DNA from: an uncultured Desulfobacter sp.
Lineage (GTDB): Bacteria > Desulfobacterota > Desulfobacteria > Desulfobacterales > Desulfobacteraceae
Direction of reading: 5' to 3'
Length of the DNA: 64,000 nt
Assembly: GCA_963665095.1 (NCBI GenBank)
Contig: OY762069.1
Span: 4,608,001-4,672,000, forward strand
Every line of letters starts with the position of its first letter. Positions within the stretch are counted from its first letter, which is position 1. Positions 31,668 to 41,855 of this stretch are shown piece after piece. Below the pieces are notes generated by a model. That model saw nothing but the letters and a program-made list of their open reading frames with translations, made no database searches and was not told the DNA's origin. The translations under genes and the position numbers were made by a program.

Positions 31668-31760
31668 AATTTTGCCGTGTCGCATCTGGCAGGGATTTTC
31701 CGGCAGAACAAAGGATTGTAAGATAGAGGGAATCTCTTTTGCAATGCCGAAAAACTTCAG

Positions 31761-33233
31761 TTAACGCAATGCTTTCATGGCACCCATATAGCCGCGCAGC
31801 TTTTTGCCCACAATTTCAACAGGATGGTTACGAATGGCCTCATTGACTTTAATCAGCCGGATATTATCGCAGCCGTTGTCGGAAAGATCAGGTCCTTTTC
31901 CAATAACATCAATATCAAGGCCTTCCATAAACTCTTTAAGCAGGGGTACTGCTGTATGGGCAAACAGGTAACAGCCGTATTCCGCAGTATCTGAAATCAC
32001 CACATTCATCTCATACAGTTTTTTCCTGGCAATGAGATTGGCAATGAGCGGCACCTCATGCAAAGATTCGTAATAGGCCGATTCTTCAATGATGCCGGCT
32101 GAAACCATGGTGTCGAATGCAAGCTCCACACCGGCTTTAACCATGGCAATCATGAGGATACCGTGGTCAAAATATTCCTGCTCGGCAATGTCGGCATCCT
32201 GGGAGACAGATGTCTCAAAGGCCGTATCCTGGGTTGCGGCCCGCCACTTGAGAAGATTGGCGTCATTATTGGCCCAGTCCTCCATCATGGTTTTGGAGAA
32301 AAAGCCCGTCATGATGTCGTCCATGTGTTTGTTAAACAGCGGCGTCCATATATTCTTAAGCTGTTCGCTCAATTCAAAAGCTCTGATTTTGGCGGGATTG
32401 GAAAGCCGGTCCATCATGTTGGTAATACCGCCATGTTTCAGTGCTTCGGTGACGGTTTCCCACCCGTATTGAACCAGTTTGGAAGCATAACCTGCATCCA
32501 TGCCCTTCTCAATCATCTTGTCATAACAGAGCAGGGCACCGGTCTGCAGAACGCCACACAAAATGGTCTGCTCACCCATGAGATCCGATTTTACCTCAGC
32601 CACAAAAGAGGACTGCAGCACCCCGGCTTTGTGGCCACCGGTACCTGCTGCGTAGGCTTTGGCCAGCTCCAGACCCTCGCCTCTGGGGTCGTTTTCACGG
32701 TGTACTGCGATCAGGGTAGGAACGCCAAAGCCCCTTTTGTACTCTTCCCTGACTTCAGTGCCGGGAGATTTGGGAGCCACCATGATGACTGTCAGATCGT
32801 CTCTGATCTGCATGCCCTCTTCCACGATATTGAACCCGTGGGAATAGGAGAGGCAGGCATCTTTTTTAATCAGGGGCATGATGGACTCAATGACGTTGGA
32901 GTGCTGTTTATCCGGGGTCAGGTTGATGACCAGATCAGCTGCGGGCAGCATCTCTTCATAGGTACCTACGGCAAATCCGTTTTCCGTGGCATTTTTCCAG
33001 GACTGCCGTTTTTCTGAGATGGCAGCCTCCCGAAGTGTATAGGAAACATCCAGCCCGCTGTCCCTTAAGTTCAGACCCTGATGCAGGCCCTGGGCCCCAC
33101 ACCCCACAATAACAATTTTTTTACCCTTAAGCGCCTCCACCCCGTTGAATTCCGACGGATCCATGAACCGGCACTGGGAAAGCTCCTCCAGCTGTAGCCT
33201 TAGGGGCAGAGAGTTAAAATAATTTGTGCCCAT
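31761..33233 (-). CDS. ilvC: Ketol-acid reductoisomerase, long (class II, E. coli-type) form
   Basis: 490 aa; [28 protein letters not shown], duplicated C-terminal domain ([16 protein letters not shown]). Confidence 0.97.
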   Translation of the reverse strand: MGTNYFNSLPLRLQLEELSQCRFMDPSEFNGVEALKGKKIVIVGCGAQGLHQGLNLRDSGLDVSYTLREAAISEKRQSWKNATENGFAVGTYEEMLPAADLVINLTPDKQHSNVIESIMPLIKKDACLSYSHGFNIVEEGMQIRDDLTVIMVAPKSPGTEVREEYKRGFGVPTLIAVHRENDPRGEGLELAKAYAAGTGGHKAGVLQSSFVAEVKSDLMGEQTILCGVLQTGALLCYDKMIEKGMDAGYASKLVQYGWETVTEALKHGGITNMMDRLSNPAKIRAFELSEQLKNIWTPLFNKHMDDIMTGFFSKTMMEDWANNDANLLKWRAATQDTAFETSVSQDADIAEQEYFDHGILMIAMVKAGVELAFDTMVSAGIIEESAYYESLHEVPLIANLIARKKLYEMNVVISDTAEYGCYLFAHTAVPLLKEFMEGLDIDVIGKGPDLSDNGCDNIRLIKVNEAIRNHPVEIVGKKLRGYMGAMKALR

Positions 33234-33284
33234 GTTTTGCCTCCTTTATCTAAAATTTTTTGTAAATAAAATGACTTAAAAAAT

Positions 33285-33336
33285 GTGTTGCGTCAAATGA
33301 ATCATTTGCAATTTTACGTTGCATATTTTGAAATGA
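33285..33336. promoter_or_regulatory. Tandem IlvY operators (O2/O1)
   Basis: GTGTTGCGTCAAATGAATCAT and ACGTTGCATATTTTGAAATGA, 31 bp apart, between divergent ilvC and ilvY; resemble the E. coli IlvY operators as recalled. Confidence 0.7.
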
Positions 33337-33440
33337 CTGATTAGAATGGCCCTGTGGCAAAGGACTTCCCCCTGAAAAAAAAGGCCAGGGGCAATACTCA
33401 ACAAAAAAACCGTATCTTCAATTCCCGGATCAGACATAAT

Positions 33441-34325
33441 ATGGATATCCGTACCCTGGAACTTTTCCGCCATCTCAGCAGAACCCTCCACTTCACCCGG
33501 ACCAGCAGGGAGTGCAACCTCTCGCCATCGGCGCTTACCCGGGCTGTACAGCGCCTGGAAACAGATGTGGGAAAACAGCTTTTCCTGCGCGGGAACCGGT
33601 CTGTGGAACTGACCTATGCCGGCCGTGCGTTTAAAACATACGCAGAGGACGTGCTGGACCGCTGGGATCGGTTGCAGGAGGAGTTGTCCCAGGAGGAGTT
33701 CCTCTCAGGCCAGCTCTCCCTGTACTGCTCTGTAACAGCGGCCTACTCCATTTTACCCGGTATCATTACCCGGTATCGGGCTGTGCATCCCGGAGTGCAG
33801 ATCCTTCTTGAAACCGGAGACCCGGCCGAGGCCCTGGACAGGCTGATGAACCTGGATGCCCATGCCGTGATCGCAGCCATGCCCGAAAAACCCGGTGCCC
33901 AGATCAGCTTTTTGAACATGGCCACAAGCCCGTTGGTGTTCATTGTGGCCCGCCCGTATACAGATATTGTGGTCCGGGACAGCACAGGACAACCTGACTG
34001 GGATAAAATTCCCATGATACTGGCAGACAAGGGACTAAGCCGGGAACGCATTGATCTCTGGTTTGAAGAAAACAATGTGGCACCACGTATCCACTCACGG
34101 GTCACGGGTCACGAAGCGATTATTGCGCTGGTGAATCTGGGGTTCGGCATGGGTCTTGTTCCCAGGCTGGTTTTGGAAAAAAGCCCCCTTTACCGAAATA
34201 TGGTGGTTCTTGACAACATGCCGGAACTACCTCCTTATGAAATTGCCCTTTGCACCCGGTGCAACAACCTGTCTAATCCCCGGGTCCGGGCCTTATGGGA
34301 CATCTCTGCCCAGCTTTGCCGGTGA
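33441..34325 (+). CDS. ilvY: LysR-family regulator IlvY
   Basis: MDIRTLELF.HL..TLHF, LYCSVTAAYS, LETGD, GHEAI; divergent from ilvC. Confidence 0.93.
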   Translation: MDIRTLELFRHLSRTLHFTRTSRECNLSPSALTRAVQRLETDVGKQLFLRGNRSVELTYAGRAFKTYAEDVLDRWDRLQEELSQEEFLSGQLSLYCSVTAAYSILPGIITRYRAVHPGVQILLETGDPAEALDRLMNLDAHAVIAAMPEKPGAQISFLNMATSPLVFIVARPYTDIVVRDSTGQPDWDKIPMILADKGLSRERIDLWFEENNVAPRIHSRVTGHEAIIALVNLGFGMGLVPRLVLEKSPLYRNMVVLDNMPELPPYEIALCTRCNNLSNPRVRALWDISAQLCR

Positions 34326-34536
34326 CTTAATTTTTTAAGGCGTTTCTGGGGGAGGGCAAAATAAGATTTCCTCTGTAATATGACACAGCTTTACGGCTTT
34401 TGCTGAACCAGACCTGTCTATATACCAACGTGATGCCGGGCGAAGCCGTAAATATTGACTTTGGCTTTAAATTCACCTAAAAATTGGCAGCGTGAAAATT
34501 GCTGTTTGCAGCATCCTTGAATAACAGGAAATAATA

Positions 34537-35955
34537 TTGGTTCATATAAAACATTATCCATCACAAACATATCCCGGCCGTAAATGGTTAAAGACCCTTT
34601 TTTCCATCGCGGTACTGTTTACGTTGCTGCAGCCAGGCACTATGGCCCGGGCGGAATCGCTTACCATTGCCTGCTATCAGGACTACCCGCCTTATTCCCA
34701 TGTGGGGGACAAGGGGGAGCCCCAGGGCCTGCTGGTGGATTTCTGGCAGCTCTGGGCAAAAAACAATCAGGTATCCGTAACCTTTGTACCCGGCCCTTTG
34801 AGCCAGTGCCTTGAGCAGGTGAAAAGCGGTAAAGCGGATTTTATGATCGGACTTTTTAAATCCGAAGACCGTGCGGCATTCCTGGATTTTTCCAAGCCCT
34901 TCATGACTGTCCACACCAATCTTTATGTTCAACAGGACATGGAAATTGATACCATTGAGCAGATGCCTGCCGACGTTGTGGTGGGTATGGTAAAAGAGGA
35001 CTTTTCCGTCTCCTTTTTTCATTCCCGGTACCCCAAAGTGAAAATAAAAGAGTTTTCCGGGGCCCAGGCTGTGCTTGAAAATGCCATGGCCGGAAAAATA
35101 AAGGCTTTTGCCCTTGATTTTCCCAATGCGGTGGTGCTCATGGCTGAACACAATTCCCTGGAAGAGTTCAAAAACCTGAAAACATTGTATACTGAACAAC
35201 TGCGGGCCGGGGTAGCCAAGGGCAATACGCGGCTTTTAGAAAAAATTGACAAAGGGCTTGCCATGGTGCCGGACAAAGAGATCAAGGCCCTTTACAGCAA
35301 ATGGGGGATTGCACCCAAACCGCTTCTTATTCAGTACCGGGGATGGGTAATCGCGCTTGTTGTACTTCTGCTTGCCGGATGTGTCGGCTTTGGTCTTTAT
35401 GTATTCCGGCTTAAAACCCGCATTCAAAACATGAAACAGGATGATGGATCCTCTGACGTAAATGCTTGGGAAAAAATTGTCTCTGGCGGTGAGAATGACG
35501 CGGTTGAATTCAAAACCTCCCTTCGCTGGAATGTCAAAGAGGAAAAAACAGATAAGCGCCTTGAAGCGGTGGTGGTTAAAACCCTGTCTGCATTCATGAA
35601 TGCCCGGGGCGGTTCACTGTTCATCGGTATTAATGACAATGGCGAACCAGTGGGCATCGAAGCTGACTACCGGACTTTTCAGAAAAAGCCTAACCAGGAC
35701 GGCTTTATGCTCAAACTCTCCGATCTGATTTCCAAAAACCTGGGCGCCCAGAGCCATAAATACATTGTTGCCGATATTCGGGTAATGGATGGTAAAGATG
35801 TGTGCCGGATTTCGGTCAAACCCTCTGACAAGCCTGTTTTCATCACCGATCAGGGTAAAGAGGCTTTTTATATCCGGGCAGGGGCCTCATCCATTCCCCT
35901 TGGTATGAGTCAGGCCCACGAATATATAACCTCCCACTGGCAACGGAGTGTTTGA
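34537..35955 (+). CDS. Periplasmic solute-binding domain (SBP family 3) + TM helix + cytoplasmic Schlafen/AlbA_2 domain
   Basis: Signal peptide; DYPPYS..G..VD, R...LDFSKP, GVAKGN..LL..IDKGL..KW; TM WVIALVVLLLAGCVGFGLYVF; GENDAVEFK, SAFMNARGGSLFIGINDNG, FYIRAG. Confidence 0.85.
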   Translation: MVHIKHYPSQTYPGRKWLKTLFSIAVLFTLLQPGTMARAESLTIACYQDYPPYSHVGDKGEPQGLLVDFWQLWAKNNQVSVTFVPGPLSQCLEQVKSGKADFMIGLFKSEDRAAFLDFSKPFMTVHTNLYVQQDMEIDTIEQMPADVVVGMVKEDFSVSFFHSRYPKVKIKEFSGAQAVLENAMAGKIKAFALDFPNAVVLMAEHNSLEEFKNLKTLYTEQLRAGVAKGNTRLLEKIDKGLAMVPDKEIKALYSKWGIAPKPLLIQYRGWVIALVVLLLAGCVGFGLYVFRLKTRIQNMKQDDGSSDVNAWEKIVSGGENDAVEFKTSLRWNVKEEKTDKRLEAVVVKTLSAFMNARGGSLFIGINDNGEPVGIEADYRTFQKKPNQDGFMLKLSDLISKNLGAQSHKYIVADIRVMDGKDVCRISVKPSDKPVFITDQGKEAFYIRAGASSIPLGMSQAHEYITSHWQRSV

Positions 35956-36029
35956 ACGGCTCGAAGAGGGGCATGCGCCCCTCTTCGAGCCGTTCAAACA
36001 CCAAACACGGGGTTTTCGTTCAGGCACTA
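35947..36029. repeat. MITE-like palindromic element with a perfect 25-bp stem
   Basis: 35948-35972 is the exact reverse complement of 35977-36001 (4-nt loop); outer ends AGTGTTTGAACG / CGTTCAGGCACT match at 10/12. Confidence 0.6.
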
Positions 36030-36067
36030 GAAGCCATCTCAAAATAAATATTTTGAGATGGCTTCTA
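36028..36067. mobile_element. Collapsed MITE (19-bp inverted repeats only)
   Basis: TAGAAGCCATCTCAAAATA-AA-TATTTTGAGATGGCTTCTA; the same arm recurs at 58742-58760. Confidence 0.6.
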
Positions 36068-36148
36068 ATTAATCCCGGTATCGGGGTCTCTCTTTAAAAT
36101 CCTTTTTTTGTTCTCCAGAACCTAACCATATAAAATTATCGTTCTTTA

Positions 36149-36172
36149 CGTTTTGCCAATATTGACATAGCG
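36149..36172. promoter_or_regulatory. ModE-like palindrome overlapping the -35 TTGACA of fdhF copy 1
   Basis: CGTTTTGCC-N6-GACATAGCG; 18/24 identical to the site at 41684-41707. Confidence 0.55.
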
Positions 36173-36239
36173 GATTGTGTATGGTACCCAGACCTAACTG
36201 AGTAGTTGCGGATAAATTTGAAACGACTGAGGAGAGTAC

Positions 36240-39017
36240 ATGCCAACCCTTCTGATCAACAATCAAAAAGTCGAGTTTCAGCCCAGGCAGACCATTTTAG
36301 ACCTGTGCAGTTCTCTATCAATTAATATTCCTACTCTTTGTTATCTCAAAGGAACTACCCCGGAAGGCGCCTGTGGTGTCTGCCTGGTAAAGGAAGCTGC
36401 CCGTGGCATGATACGGGCTTGCGATACTGAAGCTGCCCCGGGAATGGAGATACGCACTGACGGCCATGAAGTCCGGGCTGCCCGGAGGAAAGCCATTGCA
36501 AAGCTCGTCGCCGGGGGCAACCACAATTGCGGTGTGGCCGGGACCATGAAAGGCAGCTTTACCGATTTTCAGATGGATTCGGGCCAGGTGACCTCCGGTT
36601 TTGATCTGTGTCCGGCATGGGGAGACTGCCGGCTCCAGGATTTGGTTTATGAATATCAGGCCCATGCCGAAGCCTTCACAATGGAATGGAAAAACGAGGT
36701 GCCGGATGTGGCCAACCCCATGATTGTCAGGGATTACTCCAGGTGCATCGGCTGCGGCCGGTGCGTAAAAGCATGCAATGAGGTGCAGGCAAATATGGCT
36801 ATTAAAATGGATGATACAGGTAAACGGGATAAGGTGACCACCACCACGGGCTCAGACTCTTTGATGGATACCAGTTGCGTCTTCTGCGGAGAGTGTGTCC
36901 AGGCCTGTCCGGTGGGGGCTCTGGTTGAAAAAAAGGCTAAAGAAAACTGGCGGCCCTGGGATGTTGAAAAAATTCGAACGACCTGCCCCTATTGCGGTGT
37001 GGGCTGCCAGCAGCTTCTTCATGTCCAGGACGGAAAAATTGTCAAGGTAACCGGCGTGGAAGATGGTGCCCCCAACAAGGGTCGACTTTGTGTCAAAGGC
37101 CGGTTCGGGTATGACTTTATCTATTCGGATGAACGCATTAAAATGCCGGTGATCCGCCAGGAAAACGGAGAATTCAAGGAGGTCTCCTGGGATGAGGCCC
37201 TGGACTATACGGCGGACCGGCTGAAAGCCATTATCGCCGAATCCGGTCCCGATGCTGTGGCAGGCGTCTCCTGCGCCCGCTCAATCAACGAAGACTCCTA
37301 CCAGATGCAGAAACTTTTCAGGGCGGTGTTCAAGACAAACAACATCGACCATTGTGCCCGTACCTGACATGCGCCAACTGTCGCAGGTCTTGCGGCTTCA
37401 TTTGGTTCCGGCGCCATGACAAACTCCTTTGGGGAGTTTTCAAAAGCAAAAATGTTCTTCGTGATCGGGTCAAACATGACCGAGGCCCATCCAGTGGCTG
37501 CCACATTCTTGAAAAATGCAGTGCAGAACGGGGCCAAGCTCATTGTGGCGGATCCCAGGAAACACCGTCTGGCTGATTTTGCGGACATCCACCTGCCCTT
37601 GAAAGTGGGTTCGGATATCGCACTTCTCAACAGCCTGATGCATGTGCTGATCAAAGAAGATCTTTATGATAAAAACTTTGTAAACAACCATACAGAAGAT
37701 TTCGATAAGCTGAAAGCCACTGTGGACGCCTATCCGCCCGAGCGGGGGGAAGAGATTTCCGGAATTCCGGCCCATCAGATTGTTGAAACAGCAAGAATGC
37801 TGGCCTCTGTCAAGCCTTTGATGCTCTGTTATACCCTAGGCATCACCGAGCATACCTGCGGCCGTAACAATGTGGTCTCCACGGCCAATCTCCAGATGCT
37901 TTTAGGCAACCTTGGCGTGGAGTGCGGCGGCGTCAACCCCCTGCGTGGCCAGAACAATGTCCAGGGGGCATGCGACATGGGGGCACTGCCCAATGTCTAC
38001 CCCGGATACCAGGCTGTCACAGCGCCTGCGTCCAAAGAGAAGTTTGAAAAATTCTGGGGCGTGGAAGGGATGTCAGACAAACTCGGCCTGATGATCCCCC
38101 AGATGATGGACGGCCTGGTGGACAAAACAGTCCGGGCATTCTGGATATTTGGCGAGAACCTGGCCAATACCGAGCCGGACATCCGCAAGGTGGAACATGA
38201 ACTCGCCTCTGCGGAGTTCCTCATCTGTCAGGATATTTTCTTCAATGAGACCACGAAGTTTGCCGATGTGGTGTTCCCGGCCCAGGCCTGGAGTGAAAAT
38301 GACGGGACCTTTACCAATAGTGAACGAAGGGTCAACCGGGTCAGAGGCGTCAGCAAGGCGCCGGGTCAGGCCCAGCCCAACTGGTGGATCTTCCGTGAAA
38401 TCGCCAAACGGTTCGGCCAGGAGTGGGCATCCAACTCCGCACAGGAGATCTGGGATAATGAGTTGTCCGAACTGGGGCCTGCCTTTGGCGGCATAAAATA
38501 CCACCGCATTGAAAACGACGGACTCCAGTGGCCCTGCCCCACCCTTGAACATCCGGGTACGGGGTTTCTGCACAATCAGGGGGCGTTCACCCGTGGCAAG
38601 GGCGCGTTCCTGCCGGTGGAATGGACACCACCTGCCGAAGTACCGGACAAGGAGTATCCCTTTGTCTTAAGTACAGGCAGACGGCTGTATCATTACCATA
38701 CCAGGACCCAGACCGGGCGCTGCGCCGGACTCAATGATCTTTTGGGTGAGGAAACAGCCGATATTTCACTGAAAGAGGCCCAGCGCCTGGGTATTGAGCA
38801 TGGAGAGTACATCCATGTCAGTTCCCGGCGCGGGCAGGTCAGAGTCAGAGCCAATGTCACCGAAGAGATGCCGGACGGCATGGTGTGGATGGCTTTCCAC
38901 TTCAGGGAGGGCAATGCCAACTGGCTGGCCAATCCGGCCTTTGACCCCATCACCCTTACGGCTGAGTACAAGGCCTGTGCGGTTAACATTGCAAAAATAG
39001 AAAAACAGAAGGCGTAA
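36240..39017 (+). CDS. fdhF: Selenocysteine formate dehydrogenase alpha subunit, copy 1 (925 aa, Sec at TGA 37365-37367)
   Basis: The two track ORFs are in frame across IDHCART-U-HAPTVAGL; N-terminal 2Fe-2S and 2x[4Fe-4S], CPYCGVGC, RGQNNVQG; no Tat signal. Confidence 0.93.
37365..37396 (+). promoter_or_regulatory. UGA + bacterial SECIS hairpin (copy 1)
   Basis: GTCGCA-GGTCT-TGCGGC stem-loop beginning 12 nt after the TGA. Confidence 0.8.
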
Positions 39018-39035
39018 AACAACGCACCTTTGCTT

Positions 39036-39077
39036 AACCGGGGGATGGTTTCTGTTTGAAACCATCCCCCGGTTTTT
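39036..39077. terminator. Terminator hairpin between convergent genes
   Basis: Perfect 17-bp stem AACCGGGGGATGGTTTC / GAAACCATCCCCCGGTT plus a T run. Confidence 0.8.
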
Positions 39078-39372
39078 AATTGCTCTCAATCCAGAAGGTG
39101 GCCAGGGAAATCCTTTCCGACTTGCACACAGGACATTTCCCGGGCCGTTTGAAATCACTGCGCTTACTGAATTGAAACCCGCACTTCAGACAGTGGCCGG
39201 CAGATTTGCGCAGCTTTTTATTCTTATGCCGCAGACTTTTCTCAATGGATGCCAGGTGAAACCTTACATCCTTTTCCATGACCCCGGCATCCCGGGACAT
39301 GTCCTTCACCGTCATCTGCCCTTGTTCCAGCAGGTCGATAATTTTTTGTCGAATGGTTTTGGATTCATCCAT
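39076..39372 (-). CDS. Small HTH + zinc-ribbon transcriptional regulator (COG3357-like)
   Basis: TIRQKIIDLL...HL..I.KS, CLKCGFQF...RPGKCPVCKSERI. Confidence 0.82.
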   Translation of the reverse strand: MDESKTIRQKIIDLLEQGQMTVKDMSRDAGVMEKDVRFHLASIEKSLRHKNKKLRKSAGHCLKCGFQFSKRSDFKRPGKCPVCKSERISLATFWIESN

Positions 39373-39484
39373 ATTTCGTCCCAAACAAAGATAAATGGAT
39401 AATGGGCATGGATTCCGTGCATAACCGCTTTTTGCATCGTGTTCATGATATTAAGTCAGAACGCGCACAACCCCTGCAGCCGGC

Positions 39485-40786
39485 TTATCCATTGACCGAA
39501 AAAGTACTGTTGGGGTTGATCTCCCTCTTCCGTGAAAAGGCCCCTGCATTGATCTCAAGACCGGTGTACCGGCATTTAAAAATTATGGGGCAGGCATCAT
39601 GGTCTTCACCATGCTCACAGTACTCAATCAGATCAACCATCAGCTGCCCCACGGCCGGCCCGTTTTTATACTGGTTGCCGCTGGTCCCCACAGCCATGTA
39701 AAACCCCTTTAGACTGGACTTATCATAAATGGGGATCCAGTCATCGGACACATCGTAAAGATCGACCACGCCTTTTGGCTCATTTGGAACAGCCAGTCCC
39801 TTGACGCGTCTGGCCAGACGCATCGCTTGAGCATGCCACTGGGCTTGTGTCACAGAGCGGTTAAAGTCATCGGGATCATCCACCCACTCTTTGGGATCGC
39901 AGTCCGGGTCTTCACTGCCCACCAGGATCAAATTGCCTGACTCAGGCCGGTAATACGCCCCGGAGTCCCCGTCTCCAATATGCATGCCGAAGGCCTCAAA
40001 ATCAACCCCCTGGGGGGATGGTACATAATGAACTTCGTGGCGCAGGGGCCGGGTCCGGATATTCATGTCGTCGCACACACCGGCCATTTTATTGATTACA
40101 CCGGAGTGGGGGCCTGTGGCATTAACCACGATATCAGACAAAATTTTACGACCGTCTTCAAGAACAACACCGGTTACCCGGTCATCTTCTTTCAAAATAT
40201 CTACCACCCTTGCCTGAAACAGAAATTGAGCCCCCTTGGCTTCAGCCCCGCGCATGAGATTGTGGCAGGAGAGAACAGGATCATTAATATACCCTGTCTG
40301 CGGGGTATACATGCCCCCTTGGATATACGCATCCGGTTCCTGGAAAAAAAGATCATCCTCAGGTCTTCTGGGGGGATAGAACTTTTTCAGGTTGAAAAAC
40401 GGCACTTTTTGTTCCAGCTTTTCTTTGTCCCAGTATTCCCAGGTTATTCCGGCTCTGTCGTATCGGTCCTGGAGGGCCTGATGACTATAACTCGGGTAGG
40501 TCAGTTCAAGGGAGCCTTTATTGATGAATTTTATCAGACCTTTTTCATCTGCCGCACCAACATAATTTCCCCAATCCGCCCAGTATGCCCGTGATTCCCA
40601 GGAAAGAGCCACACCTTCATGGGTTGAATAGCTGAACCGGATGATGGCGCAGGAATTTGATGTGGACCCCGCCCCGGGTTCTCCTAAAGCATCCACTACC
40701 AGAACTGCGTATCCTTTTTTGGCAAACTCATATCCTATGGCGCATCCCATAATCCCTGCGCCAATAACAACGATATCTTTTTTCAT
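39485..40786 (-). CDS. FAD-dependent oxidoreductase (DAO / sarcosine oxidase beta-like)
   Basis: VIGAGIMG, VNATGP, YDVSDDWIPI, GTSGNQYKNGPAVG; GGAGG RBS. Confidence 0.87.
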   Translation of the reverse strand: MKKDIVVIGAGIMGCAIGYEFAKKGYAVLVVDALGEPGAGSTSNSCAIIRFSYSTHEGVALSWESRAYWADWGNYVGAADEKGLIKFINKGSLELTYPSYSHQALQDRYDRAGITWEYWDKEKLEQKVPFFNLKKFYPPRRPEDDLFFQEPDAYIQGGMYTPQTGYINDPVLSCHNLMRGAEAKGAQFLFQARVVDILKEDDRVTGVVLEDGRKILSDIVVNATGPHSGVINKMAGVCDDMNIRTRPLRHEVHYVPSPQGVDFEAFGMHIGDGDSGAYYRPESGNLILVGSEDPDCDPKEWVDDPDDFNRSVTQAQWHAQAMRLARRVKGLAVPNEPKGVVDLYDVSDDWIPIYDKSSLKGFYMAVGTSGNQYKNGPAVGQLMVDLIEYCEHGEDHDACPIIFKCRYTGLEINAGAFSRKREINPNSTFSVNG

Positions 40787-40832
40787 TACACACAACCTCC
40801 ATACATCATCATTGCCTTGAAGCAGAATCCTA

Positions 40833-41465
40833 CTATTTCAAAGAAAAGGAAAGAAAAATAGCCATGGGATTCACCGTATCATAGTAGATCAGGGTGGAGC
40901 TATCCCGCTTGAGGGAGGTTTCAACTCGCACATCCTCTGCATTTTCAACCTGTACCGGGGCTTTATCAGGAAAATAAATGTCAGAATAGTATTCTGGATC
41001 ATAGGGGGAAAGGATAATCTGTTTTGGTGATTTTATGGCTGAGACATGGCAGGGAATAAAAAATTCATAACAAAGAACCCCATTGTCAATCCATGCGTTA
41101 AACTCTTTTATAAATTTAACGGCAAAGGGTTTTCCGTCAATTTTCACATGGATGTAGTAATTGTAGGGGGCGATGTACCCGAATGCTTTTTCCCTGATGA
41201 TTGCCACCTCTTTTGCATCCAGCACCTGATTGTGGTCTGAATCAAAATCCTCACAGATCATCACGGAAAACATTTCATCAAAGGACCAGGTTATCCGGAA
41301 ACCGGAAAGGCCCTTGTCATCGAACATAACGCCGGTTCGCTGGGAAATAAATACATGGGGATGGCTGCCTCCCGAACCAGGGGAAAGGAGCACAAACAAT
41401 ATTATAAAAACAGACAGTAGCCGGAAAAGATGATTCAATCGGGGCATAGGTTTAAACGCCGTCAT
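40833..41465 (-). CDS. DUF1007 family periplasmic protein
   Basis: Signal peptide, then HPHVFI, W.FDEMFS, YDPEYY. Confidence 0.82.
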   Translation of the reverse strand: MTAFKPMPRLNHLFRLLSVFIILFVLLSPGSGGSHPHVFISQRTGVMFDDKGLSGFRITWSFDEMFSVMICEDFDSDHNQVLDAKEVAIIREKAFGYIAPYNYYIHVKIDGKPFAVKFIKEFNAWIDNGVLCYEFFIPCHVSAIKSPKQIILSPYDPEYYSDIYFPDKAPVQVENAEDVRVETSLKRDSSTLIYYDTVNPMAIFLSFSLK

Positions 41466-41683
41466 CGGTTATCAAATTCATTGGTATTTTATATATGTAG
41501 CGGCCGTTGTTTTCAAGTAAGACAGGCCTGGACATAGTTGTCTTCCAGAGAATAACGGGTATAACTTCCAGCTGCCATTCTTTCTTATGGATCATGATTC
41601 CTAGTAATAATTCATTGCCTTTCCGGCAGATTATATTTATTGCATGGTCAAAATTCCCTTAAACAACTATTTAATATCACAGT

Positions 41684-41707
41684 CGTTCTGTCGAATGTGA
41701 CATAGCG
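41684..41707. promoter_or_regulatory. ModE-like palindrome upstream of fdhF copy 2
   Basis: CGTTCTGTC-N6-GACATAGCG, about 55 bp upstream of TTGACA at 41762. Confidence 0.55.
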
Positions 41708-41855
41708 AAACTGCCTACAACGGACTTTTTTTATTTTACTTTCTATTTCTTAATTCCCGCATTGACACAATGCCCTATTTTTTTTATTAATGGATACTGA
41801 TAAATAGGTGTAACAACAACCAGCAAGTCTAAATAGTGATGGAATCAACTGCCTC

